This document shows positions 10,131 to 20,453 of a DNA stretch of 64,000 nucleotides, piece after piece. The translations under genes were made by a program, and so were the position numbers. Origin of the DNA: an uncultured Candidatus Rokubacteria bacterium (GTDB lineage Bacteria; Methylomirabilota; Methylomirabilia; Rokubacteriales; CSP1-6). The DNA lies in contig CAVYTA010000006.1 in NCBI GenBank assembly GCA_963771355.1, positions 960,001 to 1,024,000 of the forward strand. The letters are read 5' to 3'. Each line of letters starts with the position of its first letter. Position 1 is the first letter of the stretch. A model generated the notes under the pieces. The model ran no database searches, was not told the origin of the DNA, and saw only the letters and a program-made list of their open reading frames with translations.

Positions 10131-10682
10131 ATGGGACTCGCCAACTGGCTCACCACGCTGCGCATACTCCTGATCCCGGTCTTCGTCACCCTGCTCGTGT
10201 ACCGCCGGGTGGGGGAGGCCTTCGTGGTGTTCTGCCTGGCGAGCTTCACCGACCTCCTCGACGGCTACATCGCGCGGACCCACGGCAGCCAGTCCCGGCT
10301 GGGCGCCTTCCTCGATCCCGTGGCCGACAAGCTGCTCCTCACGTCTGCCTTCGTCACCCTCACCTACCTCAAGGTCATCCCCTTCTGGATCACCGCGGTG
10401 GTGGTGAGCCGTGATCTCATTCTGTCCGTGGGGGTGCTCGTCATCCACGTGGCGGGCGGCACCGTGCACCCCGCGCCCACCTGGATCGGGAAGATGTCCA
10501 CCGTGCTCCAGATGGGCACCGTGGTGTCGGCCATGCTCTTCTACTACTACATGCCCGGCCAGCTGATCCCCCGGCTCTTCGCCTGGCTCGCGGCGGCGTT
10601 CACCGTCGTTTCCGGGCTCCAGTACATCGTGCAGGGGCTCAAGCAGCTCAACCCGCCCGCCAGCGTGGCCGGCCGGAGCTGA
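10131..10682 (+). CDS. CDP-alcohol phosphatidyltransferase (PgsA-like)
   Basis: ANWLTTLR, TDLLDGYIAR...LGAFLDPVADK. Confidence 0.9.
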   Translation: MGLANWLTTLRILLIPVFVTLLVYRRVGEAFVVFCLASFTDLLDGYIARTHGSQSRLGAFLDPVADKLLLTSAFVTLTYLKVIPFWITAVVVSRDLILSVGVLVIHVAGGTVHPAPTWIGKMSTVLQMGTVVSAMLFYYYMPGQLIPRLFAWLAAAFTVVSGLQYIVQGLKQLNPPASVAGRS

Positions 10683-10683
10683 C

Positions 10684-12018
10684 ATGGCGCCGCGGCGAAC
10701 GGGGGAGGACAACGGCGTGGTGGTGGGCGCGGTGGCGCGGGACGGCGCGGCGGGACGGGCGGGCCTGCGCCCGGGCGATCGCATCACCGCCATCAACGGC
10801 GAGCGCGTGCGCGACGTCATCGACTTCCACTTCAATGCGGGCGACGCGCGACTGACCTGCGCGGTGGAGCGCGGCGGCGAGACCACCGGCCTCACCCTGG
10901 TACGGCGGGGCGCCGATCTCGGCCTCGAGCTGCTCGGCCCCACCCCGGGCGAGATCTCCACCTGCGCCAACAAGTGCGTGTTCTGCTTCATCCACCAGCT
11001 GCCGCGCGGCATGCGCAAGAGCCTCTACGTCAAGGACGACGACTTCCGGCTCTCCTTCCTCCACGGCAACTACATCACCCTCACCGATCTCGAGGAAGCC
11101 GAGCTCATCCGGATCGAGACGCAGCGGCTATCACCGCTCTATATCTCGGTGCACGCCACCGATCCCGAGCTCCGCCACCGGCTGCTTGGCGAGCCGCGGG
11201 TGAAACGCGACCTCATGCCGCTCATGGCACGGCTGGCGCGCGCCGGGATCCGGATGCACGCGCAGATCGTGCTCTGCCCGGGCTGGAACGACGGTGTCCA
11301 GCTCGAGCGGTCCATTCGCGAGCTCGCCGCGCTCCACCCGGCGGTCGCGACGACGGCGGTGGTGCCGGTGGGACTCACCGCGCATCGTGAGCGCCTCCCG
11401 CGCCTCCGTACCCTCACCGCGGACGAGGCCCGCGACCTCGTGCGCACGCTCGCCGGCTGGCAAGCCGAGCTGCGCGCGCGGCTGGGCAGCCGCTTCGTCT
11501 GGGGTGGGGACGAGCTGTACCTCCAGGCGGGGCTGCCGCTGCCGGCGGCCTCCGCGTATGAGCGCTTCCCGGTGGTGGAGGACGGGATCGGGCTCGTGCG
11601 CCGTTTCGAGGACGGCTGGGCTCACGTGCGCCCCCGCGCGCCCGCCCGCGTGCCGCGGCCCCGCGCGGTCACGGTGGTCACCGGCGAGATGTACGCCCCG
11701 CGCCTGCGGCATCTCCTCGAATCCCTCGAGGTCGACGGGCTGCGCGCCCGCGTGGTCCCCGTCGTCAATCGGTGGTTCGGCGGCACCATCGGCGTGGCGG
11801 GTCTCCTCACCGGCGCGGACATCCAGACCGCGCTGGCCGGCACGGCGCTCGGGGCGGAGGTGCTCGTGCCCGCGGTGGCGCTCCGCGACGGCGCCGGCGT
11901 CTTCCTCGATGACCTGACCCCGGCCGATCTCACCACCGCGCTCGGGGTGCCGGTCACGCCCGTGGAGCCCACCGCGCGCGCCCTCCTCGCGGGCCTGCTC
12001 GGCGGCGCCCCCGCATGA
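10684..12018 (+). CDS. PDZ + radical SAM protein (DUF512 family)
   Basis: N-terminal PDZ, CANKCVFC, KDDDFRLSFL; adjacent to der. Confidence 0.85.
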   Translation: MAPRRTGEDNGVVVGAVARDGAAGRAGLRPGDRITAINGERVRDVIDFHFNAGDARLTCAVERGGETTGLTLVRRGADLGLELLGPTPGEISTCANKCVFCFIHQLPRGMRKSLYVKDDDFRLSFLHGNYITLTDLEEAELIRIETQRLSPLYISVHATDPELRHRLLGEPRVKRDLMPLMARLARAGIRMHAQIVLCPGWNDGVQLERSIRELAALHPAVATTAVVPVGLTAHRERLPRLRTLTADEARDLVRTLAGWQAELRARLGSRFVWGGDELYLQAGLPLPAASAYERFPVVEDGIGLVRRFEDGWAHVRPRAPARVPRPRAVTVVTGEMYAPRLRHLLESLEVDGLRARVVPVVNRWFGGTIGVAGLLTGADIQTALAGTALGAEVLVPAVALRDGAGVFLDDLTPADLTTALGVPVTPVEPTARALLAGLLGGAPA

Positions 12019-13373
12019 TCCGCCCCGTCATCGCCATCGTGGGCCGCCCCAACGTGGGCAAGTCCACGCTCTTCAACCGCCTCGTGGGGCGCCGCCAGTC
12101 GCTCGTCCGCGACGTCCCCGGCGTCACGCGCGATCGGCTCTACGGCACCGTCACCTTCGAGCGCTGGCAAGCCACCGTGGTCGACACCGGCGGCTTCGAG
12201 CCGAAGACCACGGACGATCTGCTCGCCGCCATGCGCGATCAGATCATGCATGCCATCGAGGAGGCCGATCTCATCGTCTTCACGGTGGATGGGCGCGAGG
12301 GGCTGACGCCGGTGGACAGCGAGATCGCGAACATCCTGCGCCGGAGCGGGCGCCCGGTGGTGGTGGCGGCCAACAAGGTGGACGGCGCCGCCCAGGAGGC
12401 GGTGCTGGGCGACGTCTATCGGCTCGGCTTCAAGACCGTGATGCCGGTGTCCGCGGAGCATGGGCGCGGGGTGGCCGAGATGCTCGAGGCGGTCCGGGAC
12501 GCCGCGCCGGTGCCGGTGGCGGAGCCCGGCGTCGACGGCGTGCGGGTGGCCATCGTGGGACGGCCCAATGTCGGCAAGTCGTCCCTCGTCAACGCGGTGC
12601 TCGGCCAGCCCCGAGTGCTCGTCCACTCCGCTCCCGGCACCACACGCGACAGCGTGGACACGCCGCTGACTTTCCGCGGCCACCCGTATGTTCTCATCGA
12701 CACCGCCGGCATCCGCCGCAAGGGCAAGGTGTCGGAGGCCCTCGAGAAGCTCTCGGTGGTGATGGCGCTCAAGAGCCTGGAGCGCTGTCAGGTGGCGGTG
12801 CTCGTGCTGGACGCCTCGGAGGGCGTCACCGCGCAGGACGCGCACATCGCGGGCTACGCGCACGACGCCGGCCGCGCGCTGGTGATCGCGGTGAACAAGT
12901 GGGACCTGGTGCCGCCGGGCCTGGTGAGCCGCGCCGACGTGACCGGTCAGCTCCACGACCGGCTGCCCTTCCTCGACTACGCGCCCATCTGCTTCATCTC
13001 CGCGCTCCGCTCCGCCGGTCTCCCCGAGCTCTTCGACACCGTGAAGCGCGTGGCGGCGGAGGCTCAGCGGCGCGTCGCGCCCGGCGATCTGCTCACGCTG
13101 TTCCGCAACGCGCTCGAGCGCCGGCCCATGTCCGCGCGCGGTCTGCCGCTACGTATCCAGGGCGCGCTGCAGGTCGCGGTCTCGCCGCCGACCTTCGCGC
13201 TACGGGTGAACCTGCCCGACGACATCCACTTTTCCTACGAGCGCTACCTCGTCAATTCCCTGCGGCACGCTCATCCCTTCACGGGCTCGCCCATCCGGCT
13301 GCTGTTCCGGAAGAGCGGCAAGAGCAACGCCAGGCCCGGGCCCCGGCGCTCCCTGGGGGGCAGCCGCCGCTGA
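12015..13373 (+). CDS. der: Ribosome biogenesis GTPase Der
   Basis: Two GRPNVGKS G-domains. Confidence 0.96.
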   Translation: MIRPVIAIVGRPNVGKSTLFNRLVGRRQSLVRDVPGVTRDRLYGTVTFERWQATVVDTGGFEPKTTDDLLAAMRDQIMHAIEEADLIVFTVDGREGLTPVDSEIANILRRSGRPVVVAANKVDGAAQEAVLGDVYRLGFKTVMPVSAEHGRGVAEMLEAVRDAAPVPVAEPGVDGVRVAIVGRPNVGKSSLVNAVLGQPRVLVHSAPGTTRDSVDTPLTFRGHPYVLIDTAGIRRKGKVSEALEKLSVVMALKSLERCQVAVLVLDASEGVTAQDAHIAGYAHDAGRALVIAVNKWDLVPPGLVSRADVTGQLHDRLPFLDYAPICFISALRSAGLPELFDTVKRVAAEAQRRVAPGDLLTLFRNALERRPMSARGLPLRIQGALQVAVSPPTFALRVNLPDDIHFSYERYLVNSLRHAHPFTGSPIRLLFRKSGKSNARPGPRRSLGGSRR

Positions 13374-13473
13374 TGGGGGAGCCGTACCGTAGCGGTTTAA
13401 TCGCTTGGTGGGGAAACCCGCTATGCTAAGATGGCGCAGCAGTTGACAAATTCTCGTTGAGGACGCAGGCGCC

Positions 13474-14511
13474 ATGACCCCCGAAGACGACGACTATCTC
13501 GCGGATGACCGGGAGACTCAGTCGGCATCCCGGCGTCTCCTGGCCGCGGGCTGGCTGCGGGCGCTACTCGTGCTCGCCGTGCTCGCGATCGTCATCGTCA
13601 TCACAGTCCCCTACATCCTGCAGTGGCTCGAGAGCAGCCCACCCGAGCGAGCGGCGATGACGGATGCGCAGGTGACGCGCTCGGTGCCCGCATCGGCCAC
13701 GCCGATCGAGAGCGCGCCGGCGACACCCGCGGCACCCGCACCCGCGGCACCGGCGCCCGCCGTCGCCGTGGCGCCGGCACCGGCCGCGAAGGAACCGCCG
13801 GTCGCCAAGGACGCGGGCCTGGCAAAAGACGCTCCCGCCGCGAAGGAGCTGCCCGCGGCGAAGGAACCCGTCAAGGCGGGCGCGTCGGTCCCCCGGAGCG
13901 AGCCCTCCGAGAAAGCCGCCACCGCCGCGGCGCCTGCGCCCGTCGCGAAGGACTCGCCCACGTCCAAGCCGCCCGCGAAGGCGCCGCCGGTCATCGCGCG
14001 GGCGGCGGCCCCTGCACCCGTCGCGCCGGCCAAGCCGCTGAACGGCGGGGGCAGCTACTGGGTGCAGGTGGGGCTGTTCCAGAACGCGGCCAATGCCGAG
14101 CGGCTCGCCCAGGACCTCCGCACCGATCGCTACTCGGTGGAGGTAGCCCAGGTCACGCGCGACGGCGCCGCACCCGCGGTGGGCCGTCACGAGGTGCTCG
14201 TGACCGGCTCGAGCGTGGACGCGGTGACGGCAGCGCTGAAGGGGAGCGGGACCGCGCAGGCGGTGACGGGCGGCGTGGTGGTGCGGCCGGCCCTGGATCT
14301 CAAGGACGCGGTGACGCTGTCGCGGCGGCTCGCCTCGGAAGGGCTGGAGGTGCGCATCCGTCGCGCGGCCGCCGCGTCCACGAGCGGCGGGGCCACCGTC
14401 CACCTGGTCCGCGTGGGCGGCTACGCCACGCCCGCCGAGGCGCAGGCGGGCAAGAAGCAGCTCGCCGCCAAAGGCGTGAGCGGCTTCGTCATCCAGGGCG
14501 CCGCGAAGTGA
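13474..14511 (+). CDS. Membrane-anchored SPOR-domain protein
   Basis: TM, Pro/Ala/Lys-rich linker, YWVQVGLF and VRVGGY SPOR motifs. Confidence 0.8.
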   Translation: MTPEDDDYLADDRETQSASRRLLAAGWLRALLVLAVLAIVIVITVPYILQWLESSPPERAAMTDAQVTRSVPASATPIESAPATPAAPAPAAPAPAVAVAPAPAAKEPPVAKDAGLAKDAPAAKELPAAKEPVKAGASVPRSEPSEKAATAAAPAPVAKDSPTSKPPAKAPPVIARAAAPAPVAPAKPLNGGGSYWVQVGLFQNAANAERLAQDLRTDRYSVEVAQVTRDGAAPAVGRHEVLVTGSSVDAVTAALKGSGTAQAVTGGVVVRPALDLKDAVTLSRRLASEGLEVRIRRAAAASTSGGATVHLVRVGGYATPAEAQAGKKQLAAKGVSGFVIQGAAK

Positions 14512-14837
14512 CCGGCCCCCACGTGGTGCTCGTCACCGCGCCCTCCCGGGAAGACGCGCTCATGCTGGGCCGCGCGCTCGTGGACGAACGCCTCGCCGCC
14601 TGCGTGAACGTGCTTCCCGGCCTCACGTCGATCTATCGCTGGGAAGGCCGACGCGAGGAGGCGGCGGAGTGCCTGCTCGTGATCAAGACCGACGGCGAGC
14701 GGTATCCGGCGCTCGAGCGCCGGGTACACGAGCTGCACTCCTACACGGTTCCTGAAGTGCTGGCGCTCCCGGTGGACGCGGGGGCGCCCGCCTACGTGCA
14801 ATGGCTCAAAGAATCCGTGACGGTCGAGGGGAGGTGA
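14508..14837 (+). CDS. cutA: Divalent-cation tolerance protein CutA
   Basis: ERLAACVN, SIYRWEG, HSYTVPE. Confidence 0.92.
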   Translation: MTGPHVVLVTAPSREDALMLGRALVDERLAACVNVLPGLTSIYRWEGRREEAAECLLVIKTDGERYPALERRVHELHSYTVPEVLALPVDAGAPAYVQWLKESVTVEGR

Positions 14838-15115
14838 CAGCGCTGACCAAGAACGACCTGATCAACGCGGTGGCGGCGCACGGCCTGTCCAAGCGCCAGT
14901 CGGCGTCAGTGGTCGAGACGCTGTTCGACATCATCTTCAACTGCTTCGAGCGGGGCGAGGACGTCAAGATCGTCGGCTTCGGGCACTTCCGGATCCGCCG
15001 GAAGGCGTCTCGTCGTGGGCGCAACCCGCAGACGGGCGACAGCATCGAGATCACCGCGCGCAAGGTGCTCACGTTCAAGCCGAGCAAGGGGCTCAAGCTA
15101 CGGCTCAACCACTAG
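14834..15115 (+). CDS. ihfA: Integration host factor alpha / HU family
   Basis: LTKNDL, VKIVGFGHF, GRNPQTG; ihfA-merR-tRNA-Pro synteny. Confidence 0.88.
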   Translation: MTALTKNDLINAVAAHGLSKRQSASVVETLFDIIFNCFERGEDVKIVGFGHFRIRRKASRRGRNPQTGDSIEITARKVLTFKPSKGLKLRLNH

Positions 15116-15129
15116 CCCCCGGGGGACGC

Positions 15130-15492
15130 GTGACCCAGACGATCCCAGACAAGCTTTACTACCGGATTGGCGAGGTGGAGTCGATCACGGAGGTTCCGGC
15201 CTACGTGCTCCGGTACTGGGAGTCGGAGTTCAAGCTCCTGCGGCCGAAGAAGAACCCGGCGGGACAGCGGCTGTACCGCAAGCCGGACCTCGACCTCGTG
15301 CTCCGCATCAAGTACCTGCTCTACACCGAGCGCCTCACCCTGGAGGGCGCGCGCAAGCGGTTGCTGGCCGAGGCACGCGGCACGCACCAGATGGACCTCG
15401 GCCTCAAGGGCATGACCCTCGAGGAAACCCTCCGGCGCACCCGGGAGCGTCTCCGTGCGCTGCGCGACCGCCTGAGTCCCCAGCGAAAGTGA
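15130..15492 (+). CDS. MerR-family regulator
   Basis: IPDKLYYRIGEV...VLRYWESEF. Confidence 0.9.
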   Translation: MTQTIPDKLYYRIGEVESITEVPAYVLRYWESEFKLLRPKKNPAGQRLYRKPDLDLVLRIKYLLYTERLTLEGARKRLLAEARGTHQMDLGLKGMTLEETLRRTRERLRALRDRLSPQRK

Positions 15493-15501
15493 GCGTCCGC
15501 C

Positions 15502-15530
15502 TTGAGTTTTCTGCCGCCTATCCGTACAAT
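15502..15530 (+). promoter_or_regulatory. Sigma70-type promoter for tRNA-Pro
   Basis: TTGAGT-17bp-TACAAT. Confidence 0.65.
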
Positions 15531-15541
15531 GCACCGTGGGT

Positions 15542-15618
<77 letters not shown>

Positions 15619-15634
15619 TTTACAAAGGAACCCG

Positions 15635-15661
15635 AGGGCAGATTCTCGGATCTGCCCTTTT
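15635..15661 (+). terminator. Intrinsic terminator
   Basis: AGGGCAGAT/ATCTGCCCT stem followed by a T-run. Confidence 0.6.
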
Positions 15662-15678
15662 GTGATTGAGGAGGCGCG

Positions 15679-16452
15679 ATGGCGGGCGTGATCCTCGTCA
15701 CCAACGACGACGGGGTGCACGCACCGGGCCTGGCCGCGCTGGCGGCGGCTCTCGAGCCTCTCGGCGAGGTGTACGTGATCGCGCCCGACCGCGAGCAAAG
15801 CGCGGTGGGGCACGCGCTCACCTTGCACCGGCCGCTGCGCGTTGAGACGCTCGCTGAGCGGCGCTTCGCGGTGAACGGGACACCGTCGGACTGCGTGAAC
15901 CTGGGTGTGCTCGGACTCTTGCCGGAGACGCCGGTGCTGGTGGTGTCGGGCATCAACCACGGCGCGAACCTGGGCGACGACGTCACCTATTCAGGGACGG
16001 TGTCGGCGGCGATGGAGGGCACCCTCCTGGGCGTGCGCTCCATGGCGGTGTCCCAGGCCGAGCCCGACCCAGGAGTGGGCTTCGACGCGGCGGGGGAAGT
16101 GGCGCGGGCGGTGGCCACGCGGCTCCTGGTGGAGGGCCTGCCGGCGCAGACGCTCCTCAACGTGAACGTGCCGCCGGCGCGGCCGCAGGGTATCCGGATG
16201 ACGCGGCTGGGCCAGCGCGTGTACAGCGCGAAGGCGATCCGCGAGGTAGATCCGCGCGGGCGACCGTACTACTGGATCGGCGCGGGCCCGCCGGTGTGGG
16301 CGGAGGACGAGGGCACGGACATCGCGGCGGTGCAAGCGGGTTGGGCCTCGGTGACGCCGCTACACCTGGACCTCACGCATCATGGCGCCCTGCGCGCGAT
16401 GGGGAGCTGGGAGTCGAGCCTCAACGCGCAGTTCCGCAGGCGGAGCCGGTGA
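15679..16452 (+). CDS. surE: 5'/3'-nucleotidase SurE
   Basis: ILVTNDDG, GTPSDCV, SGINHGANLG, YSGTV. Confidence 0.95.
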   Translation: MAGVILVTNDDGVHAPGLAALAAALEPLGEVYVIAPDREQSAVGHALTLHRPLRVETLAERRFAVNGTPSDCVNLGVLGLLPETPVLVVSGINHGANLGDDVTYSGTVSAAMEGTLLGVRSMAVSQAEPDPGVGFDAAGEVARAVATRLLVEGLPAQTLLNVNVPPARPQGIRMTRLGQRVYSAKAIREVDPRGRPYYWIGAGPPVWAEDEGTDIAAVQAGWASVTPLHLDLTHHGALRAMGSWESSLNAQFRRRSR

Positions 16453-17120
16453 TCGCGCGGGGATCGGAGCCGGCCGCCCACGACCGCACCGCGGCCGCGC
16501 GCGATCGGATGGTGGAGGAGGTGGCCGGGCGCGGCGTCACGGACGCGCGCGTGCTGGTGGCGATGCGGAAGGTGCCGCGGCACCGCTTCGTGGAGGAAGC
16601 GCTCCGCGACCGAGCCTATGGCGACTATCCGTTGCCCATCGGTGAAGGGCAGACGATCTCGCAGCCCTACATCGTCGCGCGGATGACGGAGTTGTTGCGG
16701 CTGAGCGGTCTCGAGAAGGTGCTGGAGGTGGGCACCGGCTCGGGCTATCAGGCGGCGGTGCTCGGGCAGTGCGCGGCGCGGGTGTGTACGGTGGAGCGGC
16801 TTCCGCGCCTGGCCGCACGCGCCCGCCAGACGCTGGAAGAGCTGGGATACTCGAACGTGTGGGGGCGCACGGCCAACGGGACGTTCGGATGGCCCGACCA
16901 GGCGCCGTTCGACCGGATCCTGGTGGCGGCGGGCGGTCCTGCGGTGCCGCCGCCCTTGTTCGAGCAGCTCGCCGAAGGTGGACTGATGGTGATGCCCGTG
17001 GGGGGACCGGACACGCAGCGGCTGCAGCTCATCGAGAAGGTGCGGGGCGAGATGCGCGTCACCGAGGACTCCGGATGCGTGTTCGTGCCGCTCATCGGGA
17101 AATACGCGTGGCAGGGATGA
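16449..17120 (+). CDS. pcm: Protein-L-isoaspartate O-methyltransferase
   Basis: GQTISQPY, VLEVGTGSGYQAAVL, APFDRI. Confidence 0.94.
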   Translation: MIARGSEPAAHDRTAAARDRMVEEVAGRGVTDARVLVAMRKVPRHRFVEEALRDRAYGDYPLPIGEGQTISQPYIVARMTELLRLSGLEKVLEVGTGSGYQAAVLGQCAARVCTVERLPRLAARARQTLEELGYSNVWGRTANGTFGWPDQAPFDRILVAAGGPAVPPPLFEQLAEGGLMVMPVGGPDTQRLQLIEKVRGEMRVTEDSGCVFVPLIGKYAWQG

Positions 17121-17148
17121 TGCCGACGTCGGGCGAGCCATGCGAGGA

Positions 17149-17225
17149 CGGGGCGTAGCGCAGCTTGGTAGCGCGCCTGCTTCGGGAGCAGGAGGTCGCT
17201 GGTTCAAATCCAGTCGCCCCGACCA
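17149..17225 (+). tRNA. tRNA-Pro(CGG)
   Basis: 77-nt cloverleaf, CCTGC-TTCGGGA-GCAGG anticodon arm, CCA end. Confidence 0.96.
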
Positions 17226-17315
17226 TTTCTCCCCTTCACGAGACCTCCCGGGTCTCCGCACCGCGGTGCGGCCGCCGACACCATGCGCATCGCCAACATT
17301 CCGACTGATCGCGCG

Positions 17316-17618
17316 ATGAGCAGCGAGCCCCGCACCGCGGCCGAGATCTTCGTCGACGGCATCGTCCAGGGCGTCGGCTACCGCAACTTCGTCGAGCGCA
17401 AGGCGAGCCAGCTCGGCCTGGCCGGCTTCGTCATGAACCTCAAGGACGGGCGCGTACGCGTGCGCGTCGAGGGCAAGCGGGGCCTGATCGAGGAACTGGC
17501 GCGCGACCTCGAGAAGGGTCCGCCGCTTTCGCGCGTCCAGACCGTGGCGGTCATGTGGCGGCCGGTCACCGGGCGGTTCCGCTCGTTCGGGATCCGCTAC
17601 GCGGAGTTCGATCCATGA
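17316..17618 (+). CDS. acyP: Acylphosphatase
   Basis: GIVQGVGYR, GFVMNLKDGRV, GPPLSRV. Confidence 0.9.
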   Translation: MSSEPRTAAEIFVDGIVQGVGYRNFVERKASQLGLAGFVMNLKDGRVRVRVEGKRGLIEELARDLEKGPPLSRVQTVAVMWRPVTGRFRSFGIRYAEFDP

Positions 17619-18517
17619 GCCTCGGACGCCGGCGTGCCCGGCGGGCGATCGGGGTGGGTCTCCTCGTGCCGGGGCTCGTCCTCGCCTCACCACCGGACGC
17701 CGGCGCCGCGGAGGTGCCGGCGAAGCCTCCGGAGAAGCAGCCGAGCGCCAAGGCCACCACGCCCGCCCGCCGCGCCGGGGCGCCCGCTGCGTCACCGGGC
17801 GAGCCCTGCGTGCACGTGGTGCGCCCCGGAGAGTCGGTGAGCCGCATCGCGCTGCTCTACCGCGTGCCGCGCCAACGCCTGATCGACACCAATCGCCTGG
17901 CCCGGCCCGAGACCCTTCGCGTCGGCCAGCGGCTGATCGTGCGCGGCTGTGATCGGAGCCGCCCGGGCGGCAGCGCGACCGCGGAGGCAGTGACCCAGCC
18001 CGATGGCTCCCTGCTGGCCCTGGTGGGCCCACGTCGTGTCCCCACGCGGCTATACCTCGACGTCCCCGAGTTCGGCCGCGGCGCGATTGACTTCATCTGG
18101 CCCGTGATCGGGCCGGTGGTGTCGAGCGTGGGCCGGCGGCGCAGCGGCTGGCACGCGGGGATCGACATTCGCGCGGAGGCGGGGACGCCGGTCTATGCCG
18201 CCGCTCCCGGCACCGTACAGTTCAGCGGCTGGGCGCGGGCCTACGGTCACGTGGTGATGCTCGAGCATTCAAACGATTTCGTGACCATTTACGCCCATAA
18301 TCTTGAGAATCTGGTCAAGGTCGGTGACGCCATTGATGCGGGTACCGTCATCGCCTCCGTTGGACGGAGCGGTCGCGCCACCGCCCATCACCTCCACTTC
18401 GAGATCCGCCAGGGGGGCATGGTCTATAACCCGCTCTTTCTCCTGCCGCGCCGCGACCTGGTCATGGCGGGCGCCGGCGAGATGCCGGAGCCGGACGAGG
18501 ACGATGAAGACGAGTGA
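17615..18517 (+). CDS. LysM + M23 peptidase (NlpD-like)
   Basis: Lys[19 protein letters not shown] and HLH motifs; lies upstream of an rpoS-like gene. Confidence 0.88.
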   Translation: MSLGRRRARRAIGVGLLVPGLVLASPPDAGAAEVPAKPPEKQPSAKATTPARRAGAPAASPGEPCVHVVRPGESVSRIALLYRVPRQRLIDTNRLARPETLRVGQRLIVRGCDRSRPGGSATAEAVTQPDGSLLALVGPRRVPTRLYLDVPEFGRGAIDFIWPVIGPVVSSVGRRRSGWHAGIDIRAEAGTPVYAAAPGTVQFSGWARAYGHVVMLEHSNDFVTIYAHNLENLVKVGDAIDAGTVIASVGRSGRATAHHLHFEIRQGGMVYNPLFLLPRRDLVMAGAGEMPEPDEDDEDE

Positions 18518-19463
18518 GGCCGAGGAGCCGGAGGAAGGGCTCCAGGACGTGGAGGCATCCCTCGAGGGCCTGCTCGCCGCCGGCGGCGCCACGCTCACCG
18601 GCGGCCGTGAGTCGCGCGAGGCGGTGGAAAAGCACCGCGCCATCCTCGGCCTGTACCTGGACGAGATTCGCCGCATCAAGCTCCTCGATGCCGCCGGTGA
18701 GCAGGCGCTCGCCAGGAAGGTCCGTGCGGGCGACGCCGATGCCGAGCGACAGCTGGTCGAGGCCAACCTCCGGCTCGTCATCAGCCTCGCCCGCCGCTAC
18801 GTGCACCGCGGGCTCTCGCTACTCGACCTGATCGAGGAAGGCAATGTGGGCCTCCTCCATGCGGTGCGCAAGTTCGATCCTGACCGCGGCACGCGCTTCT
18901 CGACCTACGCCACCTGGTGGATCCGCCAGGCCATCACGCGCGCCCTCGCCAACCAGGCGCGCATCGTCCGGCTCCCGGTCCACGTGGAGCTCCTGCTCTC
19001 GCAGTACGTGAAGGCGCGCACCGCGCTCACGCAGGAGCTGGGGCGCGAGCCCACGCTGGTGGAGGTCGCCGCGCGGCTCGGCCGGACGCCCGAGCAGATC
19101 GAGGACCTCGAGCCCCTGCGCCAGCAGCGGACCCTGTCCCTCGATGCCCCCGTGGGCCGCGACGGCACGGGGAGCCTGCAGGACGTCATCCGCGATCCGG
19201 AGGAGCGACCAGGAGGCGGGCTTGCCGCGGCCCTGCGTGCACGCGCCGACTTGGCCGGCGTCCTCGCCGATCTGCCCGATCAAGAGCGCCGTGTCGTCAC
19301 TCAGCGCTTCGGGCTCGGCGGGGTCGAGCCGCAAACTCTGGAAGCTATCGGCAAGCAGTTGGGAGTCACCCGCGAGCGCGTCCGCCAGATCGAGGCGGCC
19401 GCGCTCAAGCGCCTGGGCGCGCTGCTCGCAGCGCGTGGCGTCGATCCGTCGGACCTTCTCTGA
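18504..19463 (+). CDS. RpoS/RpoD-family sigma factor
   Basis: [39 protein letters not shown]; surE-pcm-nlpD context suggests rpoS. Confidence 0.9.
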   Translation: MKTSEAEEPEEGLQDVEASLEGLLAAGGATLTGGRESREAVEKHRAILGLYLDEIRRIKLLDAAGEQALARKVRAGDADAERQLVEANLRLVISLARRYVHRGLSLLDLIEEGNVGLLHAVRKFDPDRGTRFSTYATWWIRQAITRALANQARIVRLPVHVELLLSQYVKARTALTQELGREPTLVEVAARLGRTPEQIEDLEPLRQQRTLSLDAPVGRDGTGSLQDVIRDPEERPGGGLAAALRARADLAGVLADLPDQERRVVTQRFGLGGVEPQTLEAIGKQLGVTRERVRQIEAAALKRLGALLAARGVDPSDLL

Positions 19464-19472
19464 GAGGAGACC

Positions 19473-19829
19473 ATGGTCAAGAAGAAGCTGCCGCCTGCGC
19501 CACCGCCGTCGAAGCCCGCGCCACCACCCTCGAAGCTGCGCCGATCCGGGACCGCCCGCATCGTCAAGAAGGGCGGGCCCGCGCCGCACGTGCTCTTCAT
19601 CGTCGCCACCGACCAGCTGCGTGTCTATCAGCACCTGGAGCAGGAGATCGCCAAGCTCAAGAACGTCGAGCTCATCACCGACCGCCGCCGGAAGCCGCGC
19701 CGCCATCGCGAGGTAACCATCGCCGTGGAGCGCCGGCGCGACGACCGCCGCAAGCGGCCGGACGTGGAAAAGCAGCTCCGCCAGCTCGGCTGGTCGCTGG
19801 TGCGCACGGTGAAGATTCCCCCCAGCTGA
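19473..19829 (+). CDS. Hypothetical protein with DRR/ERR Arg-rich repeats
   Basis: GAGGAG RBS; TDRRR...ERRRDDRR; similar to 31517..32086. Confidence 0.7.
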   Translation: MVKKKLPPAPPPSKPAPPPSKLRRSGTARIVKKGGPAPHVLFIVATDQLRVYQHLEQEIAKLKNVELITDRRRKPRRHREVTIAVERRRDDRRKRPDVEKQLRQLGWSLVRTVKIPPS

Positions 19830-19845
19830 GGGGCAGGGAGGTGCC

Positions 19846-20340
19846 ATGTCCGAGCCCACGATGGAGGGCCTCGCGCGGCGGGTGGAACAGCTGGAGCGGG
19901 ACAACCGACGCTGGCGGCGCGGGGCGACCCTGGGCCTCCTGCTGCTCGTGAGCGGGGGCCTGCTCGGCCAGGCGCCCATCGTCCCCGGGGCCGCGAAGGC
20001 GCTCGAGGCCGAGCAGTTCAACCTGCGTGACGGGCGCGGCAATCTCCGCGGCTCACTGGGCGCCGCCACGGACGGCACCGCCAGCCTCGTCCTCTACAAT
20101 ACGGCCGGCATGCGCCAGGCCGGGCTCGGCGTCCTGCCCGACGGCACCGCCAGCCTGTTCCTCGGCAGTCCCGCCGGCCACACCGCGACCGAGCTCACGC
20201 TGTACCGCGACGGCACCCCCAGCCTGGTGGTGCGCGACCGCGCGGGCAAGACGCGCGTGCTCCTCGGTGCCGCCGCCGACGGCCAGCCTTTTATCTACTT
20301 CCTCGACGCCGCGGGGGCCAATACCTGGAAGGCGCCGTGA
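19846..20340 (+). CDS. Hypothetical protein (coiled coil + TM + beta-repeat)
   Basis: GGAGG RBS, high-GC3 codons, repeated DGT.SL motifs. Confidence 0.7.
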   Translation: MSEPTMEGLARRVEQLERDNRRWRRGATLGLLLLVSGGLLGQAPIVPGAAKALEAEQFNLRDGRGNLRGSLGAATDGTASLVLYNTAGMRQAGLGVLPDGTASLFLGSPAGHTATELTLYRDGTPSLVVRDRAGKTRVLLGAAADGQPFIYFLDAAGANTWKAP

Positions 20341-20368
20341 GGGCGCGCACCAACGGTCGGTCCCCGTG

Positions 20369-20430
20369 ATGGAGCGACGCGTCCTCCTGGCGATGGTCCC
20401 AGGTAGCCTTATCGCATTGCCAGTCGCCCC
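20369..20430 (+). pseudogene. Leader-only remnant of an ABC substrate-binding gene
   Basis: CCCGTGATGGAGCGACGC start shared with 21247 and 29118(-); MERRVLLAMVPGSLIALPVA. Confidence 0.55.
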
Positions 20431-20453
20431 GAGGTGCGAAGGGAGGAGGACCG

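Noticed and set aside
13700..14040. Low-complexity repeats in the SPOR gene
   Set aside because: Typical Pro/Ala/Lys linker.
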